A stretch of DNA of 64,000 bases, from contig CBDBLV010000003.1 in assembly GCA_965207225.1 (NCBI GenBank), forward strand, positions 224,001-288,000. Direction: 5' to 3'. Below, in pieces: positions 18,817-29,151 of this stretch (positions are counted from its first letter, which is position 1; the number at the start of each line of letters is the position of its first letter). Origin of the DNA: Dehalococcoidia bacterium (GTDB lineage Bacteria; Chloroflexota; Dehalococcoidia; Plut-88900). Both the position numbers and the translations under genes were made by a program. Below the pieces are notes generated by a model. That model saw only the letters and a list, made by a program, of their open reading frames with translations. It was not told the origin of the DNA and ran no database searches.

Positions 18817-19523
18817 GCGTCCAGCCTGAGCATTTTGGCTTCTTTGCCTTCGCCCATCTTGTAGACAGCGGAGTACATGTTCCACCACATGTTGCGGCCC
18901 TCGAGAGCGGCGCGTCTTATCGAGGCCTTGGCCTCGGCCGTGGTGGCCATGGACATGGCGGTGGTCCAGCCCGTTTCGGCGTGGACTTCATCGGCGCCAA
19001 CGTGGACGGCGAAGTAGGCGGCTTCGGCCTCGGTAAAGCCGTATTTCTCGATGAGGGCCCTGGTTACGCCGTCGCAGAACTCGGTGAACATGTCCTCGAT
19101 GCCCATGGAGACGAAGCTGAGGGCCTCCAGCCACTTGCCTCGCATGGCATAAGCGGAGACGGTGTCGGGGTAGACCTTGGTCTCGGGGATCATAGGCCGG
19201 GAGTCGACGTCTTCCTCGGAAAAACCGGCCGCTGCTCCGGCCCGGATGGCGAGCTCCCAGTGAGAAGGAACGTCAGGGGTACCGGTGAGTTCCCCATACA
19301 GGTTCTCGGCGATCTCCATGCGGGTGTGTCTCGGGGCCATGGGGATAATTAGAGACAGGGAGGAAATGCCCTCCTCGACCGTGAATTTCAGCTGGGCGCA
19401 GAGCTCGGCGATGGTGTTTCGCTGGAGGTCGCCGTTGACCAGGTCGATATAGATAGGGTGCTTGCTGACGGCCTCGGACTGGATTTCTTCCCGCAGGTCT
19501 GTCCAAAAGGTGTCGGTGGTCAT
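18813..19523 (-). CDS. Heme-oxygenase-like (TenA/PqqC/CADD-type) iron-containing redox enzyme
   Basis: HP, ENLYGE...SH, IE, YFAVHVGADEVH ligand pattern. Confidence 0.7.
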   Translation of the reverse strand: MTTDTFWTDLREEIQSEAVSKHPIYIDLVNGDLQRNTIAELCAQLKFTVEEGISSLSLIIPMAPRHTRMEIAENLYGELTGTPDVPSHWELAIRAGAAAGFSEEDVDSRPMIPETKVYPDTVSAYAMRGKWLEALSFVSMGIEDMFTEFCDGVTRALIEKYGFTEAEAAYFAVHVGADEVHAETGWTTAMSMATTAEAKASIRRAALEGRNMWWNMYSAVYKMGEGKEAKMLRLDA

Positions 19524-19638
19524 GGCGTTGCTCCGTCGGGGGTGGTGTAGGGCGATTTTAGCATAGTTGGGTTGGTCGGCATCGGCTAGGTTTACAAGAT
19601 AGCCATCACCGAGGTCTCCCCACCCATTCCGCTGTTGA

Positions 19639-19708
19639 GACCCTTCGACTCCGCTAAGGGTGAGTGGCCCCACCACCCAGGAGCGCGCCTACGAGTGACG
19701 GCCCTACA
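19639..19708. repeat. Family C repeat (GACCCTTCGACTCCGCT.AGGG.GA.CGG) plus a GTAG-type REP
   Basis: Family C copies at 23818, 31711, 34519, 57154, 61459; CCCTACA end as at 32427 and 34336. Confidence 0.75.
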
Positions 19709-19723
19709 GGGGAGACGTGAGAG

Positions 19724-20941
19724 TCAGGTTCGGGGGCGGGTGGGGATGATGATGAGAGCAAGGGCAGAGCTTACGTTAGTGATGCTGGCGCAAATAAAGG
19801 TGGACTGTATTGATATGTGGTCTGCGATGAGGCCGCCTACCACGGCTCCGAAAGCTCCAATAGCCATGCTTCCCGTATAGACCAGGCCGACGGAGGTGCC
19901 GTGCATTCCTGAGGGCGACAAATCTATAGTCATGGCTGCAAAGATTGGGAGGTAAGTGTATGTGACTGCACCGAGGGCAATGATGGTCAGAAGCAGTTGA
20001 GTCCCCGGGTCGGCGTAGGCCACTGCCAAGCATAACAGGCCGAATGCCGTTAGTTCGGGCACGAGCGCTGTCTTACGACCGTACCTGTCCGACACAAAAC
20101 CCAAGACCGGTTGGACTGCTATGCCGACGGTATGGAGAAGAGAAATGTACACCCCAACTTTCAGGGAAGAAAACTCCAGGTGCTCCCTAAGGTAGATGGG
20201 CAGGAAGGTTGCCATCGCGTAGTCGCCCATACTGACCACTCCGCAGAGTGCTACGATGGACATCAGACGCTGGTTCCTGAGGAGCGGCACTGCGGCTGAG
20301 AAATACTCTTTGAGCGAGGCAGCGCCCTGTCTGCTCTTCATAGTACGTAGTACAAGCCATACGACAACCGCAGATAAGGCGGCTGGGAAAAAGCTGTACT
20401 GGAGAAGCCGAGGCCAGAGGATGCGCTGCAGAAGCACCCCGGCCACCAGGGGCCCCAACATCTCTCCCAATCCCGCCCCGGCCCCGTGCATCGTGAGGGC
20501 CAGGCCTCTCCTATTGGGGAATCTGTCAGATAGGGATGCTATTGCCGTGGGGTGCCACATTGAAGTGCCCACGCCGACAAGGACGACGGCCAACGCGATG
20601 GCAACGTAAGCCCTTATCGATCCTGAGGCCAAGTAACCGAAGGCGATCAGCATCACCGCCGCCATCAGGATTAGAGGACGCTTGCTGCTGTATCTGTCAG
20701 CGATAAAGCCGCCGGGCATAGCAGCTACCCCGCTGCTTACGTCCCGGGTCATTACGAGGGCACCGGCCGCGAAGTTGCTCAGCCCCAGCCCTAGCTTGAT
20801 TTCGGGAAAGGTAACGGTGAAGGCGGCGCCGTAGAGGTGTTTGAGGGCGTGGCCGGCGACTATTGTGACGGCCAGCAAGCGGGGGCCGGGTTGGCGCTCT
20901 ATAGAGGAGTCTATGGTCAATACCTCCTTGAAGGAGGGCAT
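19724..20941 (-). CDS. MFS transporter
   Basis: About 12 TM helices, GFIADRYS and GFVSDRYGRK motifs; paralog of the upstream gene; start uncertain. Confidence 0.85.
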   Translation of the reverse strand: MPSFKEVLTIDSSIERQPGPRLLAVTIVAGHALKHLYGAAFTVTFPEIKLGLGLSNFAAGALVMTRDVSSGVAAMPGGFIADRYSSKRPLILMAAVMLIAFGYLASGSIRAYVAIALAVVLVGVGTSMWHPTAIASLSDRFPNRRGLALTMHGAGAGLGEMLGPLVAGVLLQRILWPRLLQYSFFPAALSAVVVWLVLRTMKSRQGAASLKEYFSAAVPLLRNQRLMSIVALCGVVSMGDYAMATFLPIYLREHLEFSSLKVGVYISLLHTVGIAVQPVLGFVSDRYGRKTALVPELTAFGLLCLAVAYADPGTQLLLTIIALGAVTYTYLPIFAAMTIDLSPSGMHGTSVGLVYTGSMAIGAFGAVVGGLIADHISIQSTFICASITNVSSALALIIIPTRPRT

Positions 20942-20945
20942 GGCG

Positions 20946-22160
20946 CTAAGCGGGGACGGGGTCGGGGGTGCGGCGAGTCGGGACAAAGATGAGCAGCAGG
21001 GCAGAGACTATCACCACGATGCCGGCGAAGATGAACGTAGAGGGCAGAGAGACTTGGTCCGCGAGGACACCGCCTAGAACAGCACCTATGCCGCCGAAGA
21101 GCATGGACCCCGTGTAGATGAGAGCTACGGAGGTGCCGTGCACACCAGGGGGGGACAGGTCTATGGCGTAGGCGACGAAGATGTGATGGAAGGTGAACAT
21201 CACAGCACCGATGGCGAGGATGGTTAGGATGAGCTGAGGACCCTCGGCGGCGTAGGCCAGGGCAATGCAGAGCAGTCCGAAGAAGACCATGCCCGGGACA
21301 AGGGCGACTTTTCGGCCGTACTTGTCGGAGATGTAGCCCATGATGGGATGAGTAACGATGCCGACGGCCTGGAGCATGGAAGCATAGATCCCTACTTCGA
21401 AAGAGTTGAAGTCCAGATCTTCCTTGAGATAGATGGGAACGAAGACGGTAATGACGTGGTTGCTAAGGGACCGGAACCCCGATAGTACAACCACGGCGAT
21501 AAAGACCCAGTTCTTCAGGAGGACGCCGGATGTCGAGAAATATTCCCTGATGGACGTGACGCCCTGCTGCCCTCTCAGGTTTTTGAGGGCGAACCATACG
21601 AGGACGGCGGCAACGGCGGTGGGTATGAAACTGTACTGCAGAAGTGCGGGCCAGGCGATGACCAGGAGCAGGCTGCCCGCGATGAGGGGCCCGAGAATCT
21701 CGCCGGCGGACCCGCCCGAGCCGTGGAGGGAGATGGCGAATCCGCGACGGGTCGGGAACCGGGCGGAGAGGGAGGCGAGGGCCGAGGGGTGCCATAGGGA
21801 TACGCCTATGCCGAACAGGACGATGGAGATGGCGACGGCCCAGTATCTCTCCAGGGTGCCGGCGGCAAGGTATCCGATGGCGAGCAAGGCCATGGAGATG
21901 GTGAGGATGGTGGCCCACTTTCCGCTGAAGCGGTCGGCAAGGAAGCCGGCGGGCATGGTGGATACGCCCGCGGACACGTCTCGGGCGGTGACGAGGGCCC
22001 CGGCGGCGACGTTGGTGAGCATGAGTCCCGCCTTGATCTCCGGAAGGACGATCATGAAGGCGGCGGCGTAGAGGTGCTTGAGCCCGTGGCCCGCGACTGT
22101 GGTGGCGGCAAGGAGGTATCGGCCCTGGTCCGTGGGTTGGGAGGCTGCGGTTGAGGCCAT
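20946..22160 (-). CDS. MFS transporter
   Basis: GFLADRFS, WHPSALASLS, GYISDKYGRK. Confidence 0.9.
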   Translation of the reverse strand: MASTAASQPTDQGRYLLAATTVAGHGLKHLYAAAFMIVLPEIKAGLMLTNVAAGALVTARDVSAGVSTMPAGFLADRFSGKWATILTISMALLAIGYLAAGTLERYWAVAISIVLFGIGVSLWHPSALASLSARFPTRRGFAISLHGSGGSAGEILGPLIAGSLLLVIAWPALLQYSFIPTAVAAVLVWFALKNLRGQQGVTSIREYFSTSGVLLKNWVFIAVVVLSGFRSLSNHVITVFVPIYLKEDLDFNSFEVGIYASMLQAVGIVTHPIMGYISDKYGRKVALVPGMVFFGLLCIALAYAAEGPQLILTILAIGAVMFTFHHIFVAYAIDLSPPGVHGTSVALIYTGSMLFGGIGAVLGGVLADQVSLPSTFIFAGIVVIVSALLLIFVPTRRTPDPVPA

Positions 22161-22163
22161 TGG

Positions 22164-23738
22164 CTAGAGTCGGGCCCCGTACCTGGGATTGGGCCCGAGA
22201 CTGTGCTTGATGACGCCCTGGGCGGCTTTGAGGAAACGGATGATGATACCGCGGGTCTCGGTGGGGTCGATCATCTCCTCGACGCCGAAGGCCTCGGCGG
22301 TCTTCCAGGGAGTTGCTGCCTGACGCATACGGGCCTCGACCTCGGCGATGAGGGCGGAGGGGTCGTCGGAAGCCTGGATCTGGCGTCGGTGGGCGGAGTA
22401 GACGCCACCCTCGATGGGCATGTCGCCCCACTCGGCGGTGGGCCAGGCAAGCCTCAGGTTCAGGCGGTCGGCATTGCCGGTTGCTGCGCCCGCCATGCCG
22501 TAGCATTTGTGCAGGTAGACGGAGACCAATGGCACGTTGGCCTCCGCCAGCGCCTGGAAGGCGCGCATCCCCTTGCGCAGCGTGCCCTCCCTCTCGGCGG
22601 CGGGGCCGATCATGAACCCCGGCACGTCCACGAAATAGATCATAGGTATGTGGAAGGTGTCGCAGAAGTCTATGAAGCGGGTCTTCTTCTCGGAGCCCGG
22701 GGCATCCAGGGCGCCGCCCAGGTGCATCGGGTTGTTGGCGAGAATGCCCACTGGGTAGCCGCCCATGCGGGCGAAGCCGCATACGAAGGCCGGGGCCCGG
22801 TGGGCGCCGATTTCGAACCACGATCCTCGGTCTACGATTACTTCAATGACATCCCGGACGTCATAGGCTGCCTTCTGGTCTTCGGGCATGATTTTCAGCA
22901 GGACCTCGTCCTGGCGGTCGGAGGGATCGTCCGTGGGAACGTAGGGAGGCATATCCCAGACGTTCTGGGGGAGGTAGCTGAGGACGATCTTAAGCTGGTG
23001 GATGGCGTCGGCGTCATCCTCGGCTATGTTGTCGATCAAACCGGAAGTAACGGCGTGGACTTCGACGCCCCCCAGCTCGAACTTGTCAATGCGGTGGCCC
23101 AAGGCCCGTTCAACGAGGGGAGGACCGCCGGCGAAGGCACATCCTGCCTTGGTCATGACGCTGAAATGGGAAGCGGCGAGTCGGGCCCCGGTAACCCCGG
23201 CACATGCCCCCATGGCCGCGACCAGAACCGGGACCTCACCCATGAGTTTGTATATCAATGAACCTTTGACACTGCTGACCAGGGGGGCGTAACCCTGGTG
23301 GGCCTCCCACCCGATTCCTCCTCCGACACCCTCCATGAGCATGACAAGGGGTATGCGGTATTCGTGGGCAAGTTCCTCTATGAAGCCACCCATACCGCCC
23401 TTGAGCCGGTCGGCGTGGATTTCAAGGACGCCGCCCTCTACGGTGTAGTCCTCTCCCCCAACAGCGACGTCCCGTCCGTCGATCTGACCGAGGCCCATAA
23501 CGTAACCGGATGAAGTATCCGGCAGGCGGTTGCCTTCGGTATCGAATCGCTTATGGGTGGCAACAGTACCTACTTCAAGGAAAGAGTTGGGGTCGGTGAT
23601 GTGGTCGATGCGTTCGCGGATGGTCCACCGGCCGCCGGCTCGCTGTCGGGCGATGTTCTCGGGGCCGCCGAGTTGAAGGGCGCGCTCACGGGCCTCCACG
23701 AGCTTGGCTCGGGCGTCTTCCCATGTGAATCCGGCCAT
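22164..23738 (-). CDS. Acyl-CoA carboxylase carboxyltransferase subunit (PccB/MccB-like)
   Basis: RERIDHITD, AGGPPLVE, VDVPGFMIG..AE, IDPTETR. Confidence 0.9.
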   Translation of the reverse strand: MAGFTWEDARAKLVEARERALQLGGPENIARQRAGGRWTIRERIDHITDPNSFLEVGTVATHKRFDTEGNRLPDTSSGYVMGLGQIDGRDVAVGGEDYTVEGGVLEIHADRLKGGMGGFIEELAHEYRIPLVMLMEGVGGGIGWEAHQGYAPLVSSVKGSLIYKLMGEVPVLVAAMGACAGVTGARLAASHFSVMTKAGCAFAGGPPLVERALGHRIDKFELGGVEVHAVTSGLIDNIAEDDADAIHQLKIVLSYLPQNVWDMPPYVPTDDPSDRQDEVLLKIMPEDQKAAYDVRDVIEVIVDRGSWFEIGAHRAPAFVCGFARMGGYPVGILANNPMHLGGALDAPGSEKKTRFIDFCDTFHIPMIYFVDVPGFMIGPAAEREGTLRKGMRAFQALAEANVPLVSVYLHKCYGMAGAATGNADRLNLRLAWPTAEWGDMPIEGGVYSAHRRQIQASDDPSALIAEVEARMRQAATPWKTAEAFGVEEMIDPTETRGIIIRFLKAAQGVIKHSLGPNPRYGARL

Positions 23739-23817
23739 AGGTGGCTCCTTGGGTGGGGGGTGGGGGTATGGTAATGGGAAGGGGGAGGGGATTCAATAGG
23801 GGGTGGTCATCTGCTCC

Positions 23818-23845
23818 ACCCTTCGACGCTGCTCAGGATGAGCGG
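23818..23845. repeat. Family C palindromic repeat
   Basis: ACCCTTCGACGCTGCTCAGGATGAGCGG. Confidence 0.7.
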
Positions 23846-23874
23846 GGCTGCCGTGCTCTGCGGTCGGCCATTCA

Positions 23875-23904
23875 TTGACAGTGGGAATGAAGTGCAAATA
23901 TCAT
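23875..23904 (+). promoter_or_regulatory. Putative sigma70 promoter of the sox operon
   Basis: TTGACA-18nt-TATCAT. Confidence 0.5.
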
Positions 23905-23939
23905 CGCGTCTGCTTTCGTACGAGACCCGATTTTCGCAA

Positions 23940-25190
23940 ATGAAGAGCTATTCCCTACTCAACCTGATACGGCATTCCTTCAGCCATCACGAGAACTGGC
24001 CGCGGGTGTGGCGCAGCCCTCAGCCGAACGAACAGTATGATGTGGTGATCGTCGGAGCGGGGGGGCACGGGCTGGCGACGGCCTACTACCTGGCAAAGAA
24101 CCACGGCGTTACCAACGTAGCTGTTGTAGAGAAGGGATACCTGGGCGGGGGGAGTGTGGGGCGCAATACTACTATAGTGCGCTCCAACTACCTTTGGGAC
24201 GAGACCTCATTCCTCTACGAACACGCGATGAAGCTGTGGGAAGGGCTGAGCCAGGAACTCAACTTCAACCTGATGTTCAGCCAGAGAGGCGTTCTCAACC
24301 TCTGCCACAACCTGCAGGAGCTAAGGGACACGGCGCGCCGTGTGAACTCCAACAAGCTCAACGGTATCGACGCGGAGCTTTTGAACACCCGACAGGTGGC
24401 GGAGATAGTACCTATCCTGAACACGTCGCCGAACATACGGTACCCCGTGCTGGGGGCGTCCTACCAGAAGAGGGGTGGCACCGCCCGGCACGATGCCGTG
24501 GCCTGGGGTTACGCCCGTGCCGCCGACGCCCGCGGCGTAGATATCATCCAGCACTGTGAGGTGACGGGCATCCAGGTTGAGAATGGGGAGGTAACGGGTG
24601 TGGATACGACGCGGGGGGTGATAAAGGCGAACAAGGTAGCCCTGGCGGTAGCAGGCAACACCACGGTCCTGGCGGACATGGCCGGGGTCCGGCTCCCGAT
24701 TTCCACGCACCCTCTGCAGGCCCTGGTGTCGGAGCCGATCAAGCCGATAATTGACTCAGTGGTCATGTCGAATGCGGTTCACGCCTATGTGAGCCAGACG
24801 GACAAGGGAGAGCTGATAATCGGGGCGGGAATAGACTCGTACAGCGGGTATGGTATGCGGGGCAGCTACGGCGTGGTGGAGGAGACGATCGAAGCGGTGG
24901 TGGAGATGTTCCCTATATTCAGCCGGCTGCGGCTCCTGAGGCATTGGGGCGGCGCGGTGGACATCTGTCCCGACGCCAGCCCTATTATCGGGAAGACGCC
25001 GGTAAAAGGCCTATACGTGAACTGCGGATGGGGAACGGGCGGATTCAAGTCGACACCGGGGTCGGGGTGGGTTTATGCACACACCATCGCCAACGACCAG
25101 CCCCATGAGCTTAACGCTCCCTTCACCCTGGACAGGTTCGTAACCGGAGAGCTTATTGACGAGCATGGGGCGGCGGCGGTAGCGCACTAA
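23940..25190 (+). CDS. soxB: Sarcosine oxidase subunit beta
   Basis: [38 protein letters not shown]-terminal [11 protein letters not shown]. Confidence 0.95.
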   Translation: MKSYSLLNLIRHSFSHHENWPRVWRSPQPNEQYDVVIVGAGGHGLATAYYLAKNHGVTNVAVVEKGYLGGGSVGRNTTIVRSNYLWDETSFLYEHAMKLWEGLSQELNFNLMFSQRGVLNLCHNLQELRDTARRVNSNKLNGIDAELLNTRQVAEIVPILNTSPNIRYPVLGASYQKRGGTARHDAVAWGYARAADARGVDIIQHCEVTGIQVENGEVTGVDTTRGVIKANKVALAVAGNTTVLADMAGVRLPISTHPLQALVSEPIKPIIDSVVMSNAVHAYVSQTDKGELIIGAGIDSYSGYGMRGSYGVVEETIEAVVEMFPIFSRLRLLRHWGGAVDICPDASPIIGKTPVKGLYVNCGWGTGGFKSTPGSGWVYAHTIANDQPHELNAPFTLDRFVTGELIDEHGAAAVAH

Positions 25191-25201
25191 GTACAAAGAA
25201 G

Positions 25202-25489
25202 ATGCTCTACATCGATTGTCCATATTGCGGGCCTCGGGAGGAGACCGAGTTCTCCTATGGCGGCGAGGCGCACATAGTCCGGCCACTGAAACCGGAAGAT
25301 CTCTCTGACGAGGAGTGGGCCCACTACCTGTTCGGGCAGACGAACACCAGTGGTATTTACCGAGAGCGATGGGTGCACACCGCCGGATGCCGACGCTGGT
25401 TCAACGCCGAACGGAATACGGTCACCTACGAGATTAAGTCGATATACAAGGCCGGAGAGAAGCCTCCGGGGTTGGACGGTGAGAGTTAG
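25202..25489 (+). CDS. soxD: Sarcosine oxidase subunit delta
   Basis: CPYCGPREETEF.YGGEAH, ERWVH..GCRRWFN. Confidence 0.95.
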   Translation: MLYIDCPYCGPREETEFSYGGEAHIVRPLKPEDLSDEEWAHYLFGQTNTSGIYRERWVHTAGCRRWFNAERNTVTYEIKSIYKAGEKPPGLDGES

Positions 25490-25490
25490 G

Positions 25491-28400
25491 ATGGTGAGGA
25501 AAGGGCAGAGATTCCGGCTGGAGACGGGTGGTCGAGTAGACCGTAGCAGGCCGTTGAGGTTCACTTTCAACAGTCGGGAATACGGCGGCTATGAAGGAGA
25601 TACCGCGGCGTCGGCGCTGCTGGCGAACGGGGTACACCTGGTGGGGCGGAGCTTCAAGTACCACCGTCCGAGGGGGATCGTGGGGTCGGGGTTGGAGGAG
25701 CCGAACGCGCTTCTGCAGGTCGGGACGGGAGCCCGGACGACACCCAACCTCCGGGCCACGGAAGTCCAGTTGACCGATGGGATGGTCCTTAAAAGCGTCA
25801 ACTGCTGGCCCAGCGCGAACCGGGACATAGCGGCGATAAACAGCAAGCTCGCCCGGTTCCTGCCGCCCGGCTTCTACTACAAGACCTTCATGTGGCCTCG
25901 CAGCATGTGGAAGACCTACGAAGGGTTCATCCGCAGGATAGCGGGTCTGGGTGAGTCGCCGCGGGAGCCCGACCCGGACGTCTACGACCGGATGAATGCG
26001 CATTGTGACGTGCTGGTGGTCGGGGGAGGGGCGGCGGGGCTGGCGGCGGCGCTGGAGGCAGGAGCCACAGGGGCCCGGGTCATCCTGGCGGATGATGGCG
26101 CTGAGTTTGGGGGGAAGCTGTTATCGGAACGGCGCACCATCGACGGGCTGCCGGCCATGGAGTGGGTTAAGGTTGCGGTGGGGCGGCTATCGGAGATGGA
26201 GGACGTGAACCTGATGACCCGAAGCTCTGTCTTCGGGTACTACGACCACAACTTCCTGACCATTGCCCAATCATTCACGCCGGAGCAGGCGGCATCCCAT
26301 GCTCACCACCCCGACCAGCGCATCTGGCGGGTCAGGGCCAGGGAGGTGGTGCTTGCCGCGGGCGCCTTCGAACGGCCCCTGATATTCCCCAACAATGACG
26401 TGCCGGGTGTGATGCTTGCGTCCGCGGTGTCCAGCTACATCAACCGGTATGCGGTGTTGCCGGGCCGTAGGGTCGTGCTGTTCACGAACAATGACAATGC
26501 CTACAGAGCAGCGCTGGACCTGGCAGAAGCGGGGGCGGAAATCAAGGCCGTTATCGACCTGCGCTCCAATCCCCAGGGCGAGCTCCCGGCCAAGGTGCGT
26601 GACCTCGGGGTACGGGTGATGGGGGGCCATACGGTGGTGGACGTTAAGGGTGTGAAGAGGGTCAAGGGTGTCGTGGCGATGGCGCTGAATGAGAGGGGCG
26701 ACAGGGTGCGGGGAGAAGCTGAGAAGATAGACTGTGACCTGCTGGCCGTGTCCGGGGGCTGGAACCCCGCAGTCCATTTGCATTCGCAGTCGGGAGGGAA
26801 AACGCATTTTAACGAAGAGCTGGGAACGTTCGTGCCCGGGGAGCCGGCTCAGCATGAGCGCAGTGCGGGAGCATGCGCAGGCGCTTTCGATCTGGGAGCG
26901 TGCTTACGGGGTGGCATGGCAGCGGGGGCAGACGCGGCAAGGGCGGCGGGGTTCGGGGACATTGGAGTGCAGAACGAGGCGCCCACCGCAGATGACGTGG
27001 AAGAGGAGCCTTCGAGGACCGTGTGGCTGGCACCCTCCCGCAAGGACCTGATTCACGAGCACAAGCAGTTCATAGACTTGCAGGAGGACGTGAGCGCAGG
27101 GGACGTGGCTCTGGCCGCCAAGGAGGGGTACGACTCTGTTCCGCTGCTGAACCGGTACACGACACTGGGATTCGGGACGGACCAGGGGAAGATGGGCAAC
27201 GTCATCGGGGCGGGGGTTCTCGCCCAGTTCTTAGGCAAGGACATCGCCGAGGTGGGAAGCGTCACCTTCCGACAGCCCTATGCCCCCGTAACATTCGGGG
27301 CGATTGCGGGTGGGGAGGTGGGGGAGATGCTGGATCCCGTGCGGAAGACGGCGATTCATCCCTGGCATGCGGCCAACGGGGCGCTGTTCGAGAATGTGGG
27401 GCAGTGGAAGAGGCCCTGGTACTACCCGGAGGCCGGGGAGTCGATGCAGGAATCGCTGGACCGGGAGTGCCTTGCCGCCCGACAGGCGGTATCCCTTTTG
27501 GACCAGTCTACGCTGGGCAAAATAGACGTCCGGGGCCCGGACGCCGCCGAGTTCCTTAACCGGATGTATTCCAACAATTGGCTGAAGCTCGGAGAGGGCC
27601 GGGCGAGGTACGGCCTGATGCTTGGCGAGGACGGGATGGTGATGGACGACGGCGTCTCCTCCCGCCTTGCTCCCGACCACTTCCACATGTTCACCACCAC
27701 GGGCGGAGCTGCCAACGTCATGGCCTGGCTTGAACAGTGGCTGCAGACGGAATGGCCGGAGCTGAAGGTCTACCTCACGTCGGTGACGGACCAGTGGGCG
27801 ACAATGTCGGTGGTCGGGCCCAAGGCCCGGGACACGGTGGCCAAGGTTTGCAACGACATCGACTTCTCCCAGGACGGTTTCAAGTTCCTGTCGTTTCAGG
27901 AGGGGACCGTGGCAGGGGTCCCGGCGCGCGTCTACCGCATCAGCTTCAGCGGGGAACTCACCTTTGAGATCAACGTTCCTGCAGACTACGGGTTGCACGT
28001 CTGGGAGTCGGTGATGGAGGCGGGGGCGGAGTTCGGGATCACGCCCTACGGCACAGAGAGCATGCACGTCCTCAGGGCGGAGAAGGCGTTCATCATAGTT
28101 GGGCAGGATACGGACGGGACGGTGACGCCCAACGACCTGGGTCTGGACTGGCTGGTGTCGGAGCGGAAGGACTTTCTAGGCAAGAGGTCTCTGAGCAGGC
28201 CCGACATCGTGAGGGAAGACAGGAAGCAGCTGGTAGGCTTGAAGTCGGAGTACCCGGTGCGGATGATCCCGGACGGGTCTCAGATAGTGGAGGACCCGAG
28301 GGGCCAGATACCGATAAAGATGATAGGCCACGTGACGTCCAGCTACTACAGTGCCTCATTGGGGCACCCGATTGCACTGGCGCTGGTGAAGGGGGGTAGG

Positions 28401-28511
28401 GCGCGGATGGGGCAAAGGGTCTACATACCACTCCACGATGGCAATTCCATAACCACCAGGGTCACCGACCCCGTGTTCTACGACCCGAATAACGAGCGCC
28501 AGAATGTCTAG
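25491..28511 (+). CDS. soxA: Sarcosine oxidase subunit alpha
   Basis: GRSFKYHRPRG, GFYYKTFMWP, GTDQGK, GcvT-like C-terminus. Confidence 0.95.
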   Translation: MVRKGQRFRLETGGRVDRSRPLRFTFNSREYGGYEGDTAASALLANGVHLVGRSFKYHRPRGIVGSGLEEPNALLQVGTGARTTPNLRATEVQLTDGMVLKSVNCWPSANRDIAAINSKLARFLPPGFYYKTFMWPRSMWKTYEGFIRRIAGLGESPREPDPDVYDRMNAHCDVLVVGGGAAGLAAALEAGATGARVILADDGAEFGGKLLSERRTIDGLPAMEWVKVAVGRLSEMEDVNLMTRSSVFGYYDHNFLTIAQSFTPEQAASHAHHPDQRIWRVRAREVVLAAGAFERPLIFPNNDVPGVMLASAVSSYINRYAVLPGRRVVLFTNNDNAYRAALDLAEAGAEIKAVIDLRSNPQGELPAKVRDLGVRVMGGHTVVDVKGVKRVKGVVAMALNERGDRVRGEAEKIDCDLLAVSGGWNPAVHLHSQSGGKTHFNEELGTFVPGEPAQHERSAGACAGAFDLGACLRGGMAAGADAARAAGFGDIGVQNEAPTADDVEEEPSRTVWLAPSRKDLIHEHKQFIDLQEDVSAGDVALAAKEGYDSVPLLNRYTTLGFGTDQGKMGNVIGAGVLAQFLGKDIAEVGSVTFRQPYAPVTFGAIAGGEVGEMLDPVRKTAIHPWHAANGALFENVGQWKRPWYYPEAGESMQESLDRECLAARQAVSLLDQSTLGKIDVRGPDAAEFLNRMYSNNWLKLGEGRARYGLMLGEDGMVMDDGVSSRLAPDHFHMFTTTGGAANVMAWLEQWLQTEWPELKVYLTSVTDQWATMSVVGPKARDTVAKVCNDIDFSQDGFKFLSFQEGTVAGVPARVYRISFSGELTFEINVPADYGLHVWESVMEAGAEFGITPYGTESMHVLRAEKAFIIVGQDTDGTVTPNDLGLDWLVSERKDFLGKRSLSRPDIVREDRKQLVGLKSEYPVRMIPDGSQIVEDPRGQIPIKMIGHVTSSYYSASLGHPIALALVKGGRARMGQRVYIPLHDGNSITTRVTDPVFYDPNNERQNV

Positions 28512-29124
28512 CGAGTCCACAGAAATGCGTCGGGGCTCTCCTCTGGTGGAGTTCCTGGCGGAACACCCGCCCGTCGAGCATGATGCATCGCGCGGTGTTG
28601 AGATGTGCGAGTTGGCCTTTTGGGGCCACGTGAACCTGAGGGGAGACTCGGGGGACGAGGCGTTCCAGGGAGGGGTGGAAAAGGCGGTCGGGGCGCGGGT
28701 CCCGACCACGCCGAACACCGTGGCCCGGGCCGGAGAGCGGGCTATAGTCTGGTTGGGCCCCGATGAGTGGCTGGTGGTCTCTTCGCCGGAGAGCAGGGAG
28801 GGTGTAGGCGACGGGCTGGAAGAGGCGCTTTCAGGGCTTCACGTTGCGGTTAACGACATATCGAGCGGGCAGACGATAATAAGGCTGCGGGGGCCACGGG
28901 CGCGGGACTTGTTAAGCAAGGGGTGCCCGCTGGACCTTCATCCCCGGGTGTTTGGGCCCGGGCAGTGCGCCCAGAGCCATATCGGAAAGTCGAACGCCCT
29001 AATCATCCAGGTTGATGATGTGCCAACGTATGACGTCATAGTCAGGCGCAGCTTCGCGGACTACCTGGCACGATGGATGCTTCATTCGGGCATGGAGTAC
29101 GATATCGCCGTAGTATCCGGCTAG
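28504..29124 (+). CDS. soxG: Sarcosine oxidase subunit gamma
   Basis: WLGPDEWL, KGCPLDLHP, VRRSFADY. Confidence 0.95.
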   Translation: MSSESTEMRRGSPLVEFLAEHPPVEHDASRGVEMCELAFWGHVNLRGDSGDEAFQGGVEKAVGARVPTTPNTVARAGERAIVWLGPDEWLVVSSPESREGVGDGLEEALSGLHVAVNDISSGQTIIRLRGPRARDLLSKGCPLDLHPRVFGPGQCAQSHIGKSNALIIQVDDVPTYDVIVRRSFADYLARWMLHSGMEYDIAVVSG

Positions 29125-29151
29125 AAACGGGAGAGGGGCCACGGGGCCCGC

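Noticed and set aside
19524-19676. N-terminal extensions in the ORF track (HO-like gene; also soxB 23838, soxA 25350, PTPS 5021, 58930-59076)
   Set aside because: Extensions translate repeat DNA or overlap neighbouring genes; downstream starts have SD sequences or family-typical N-termini.
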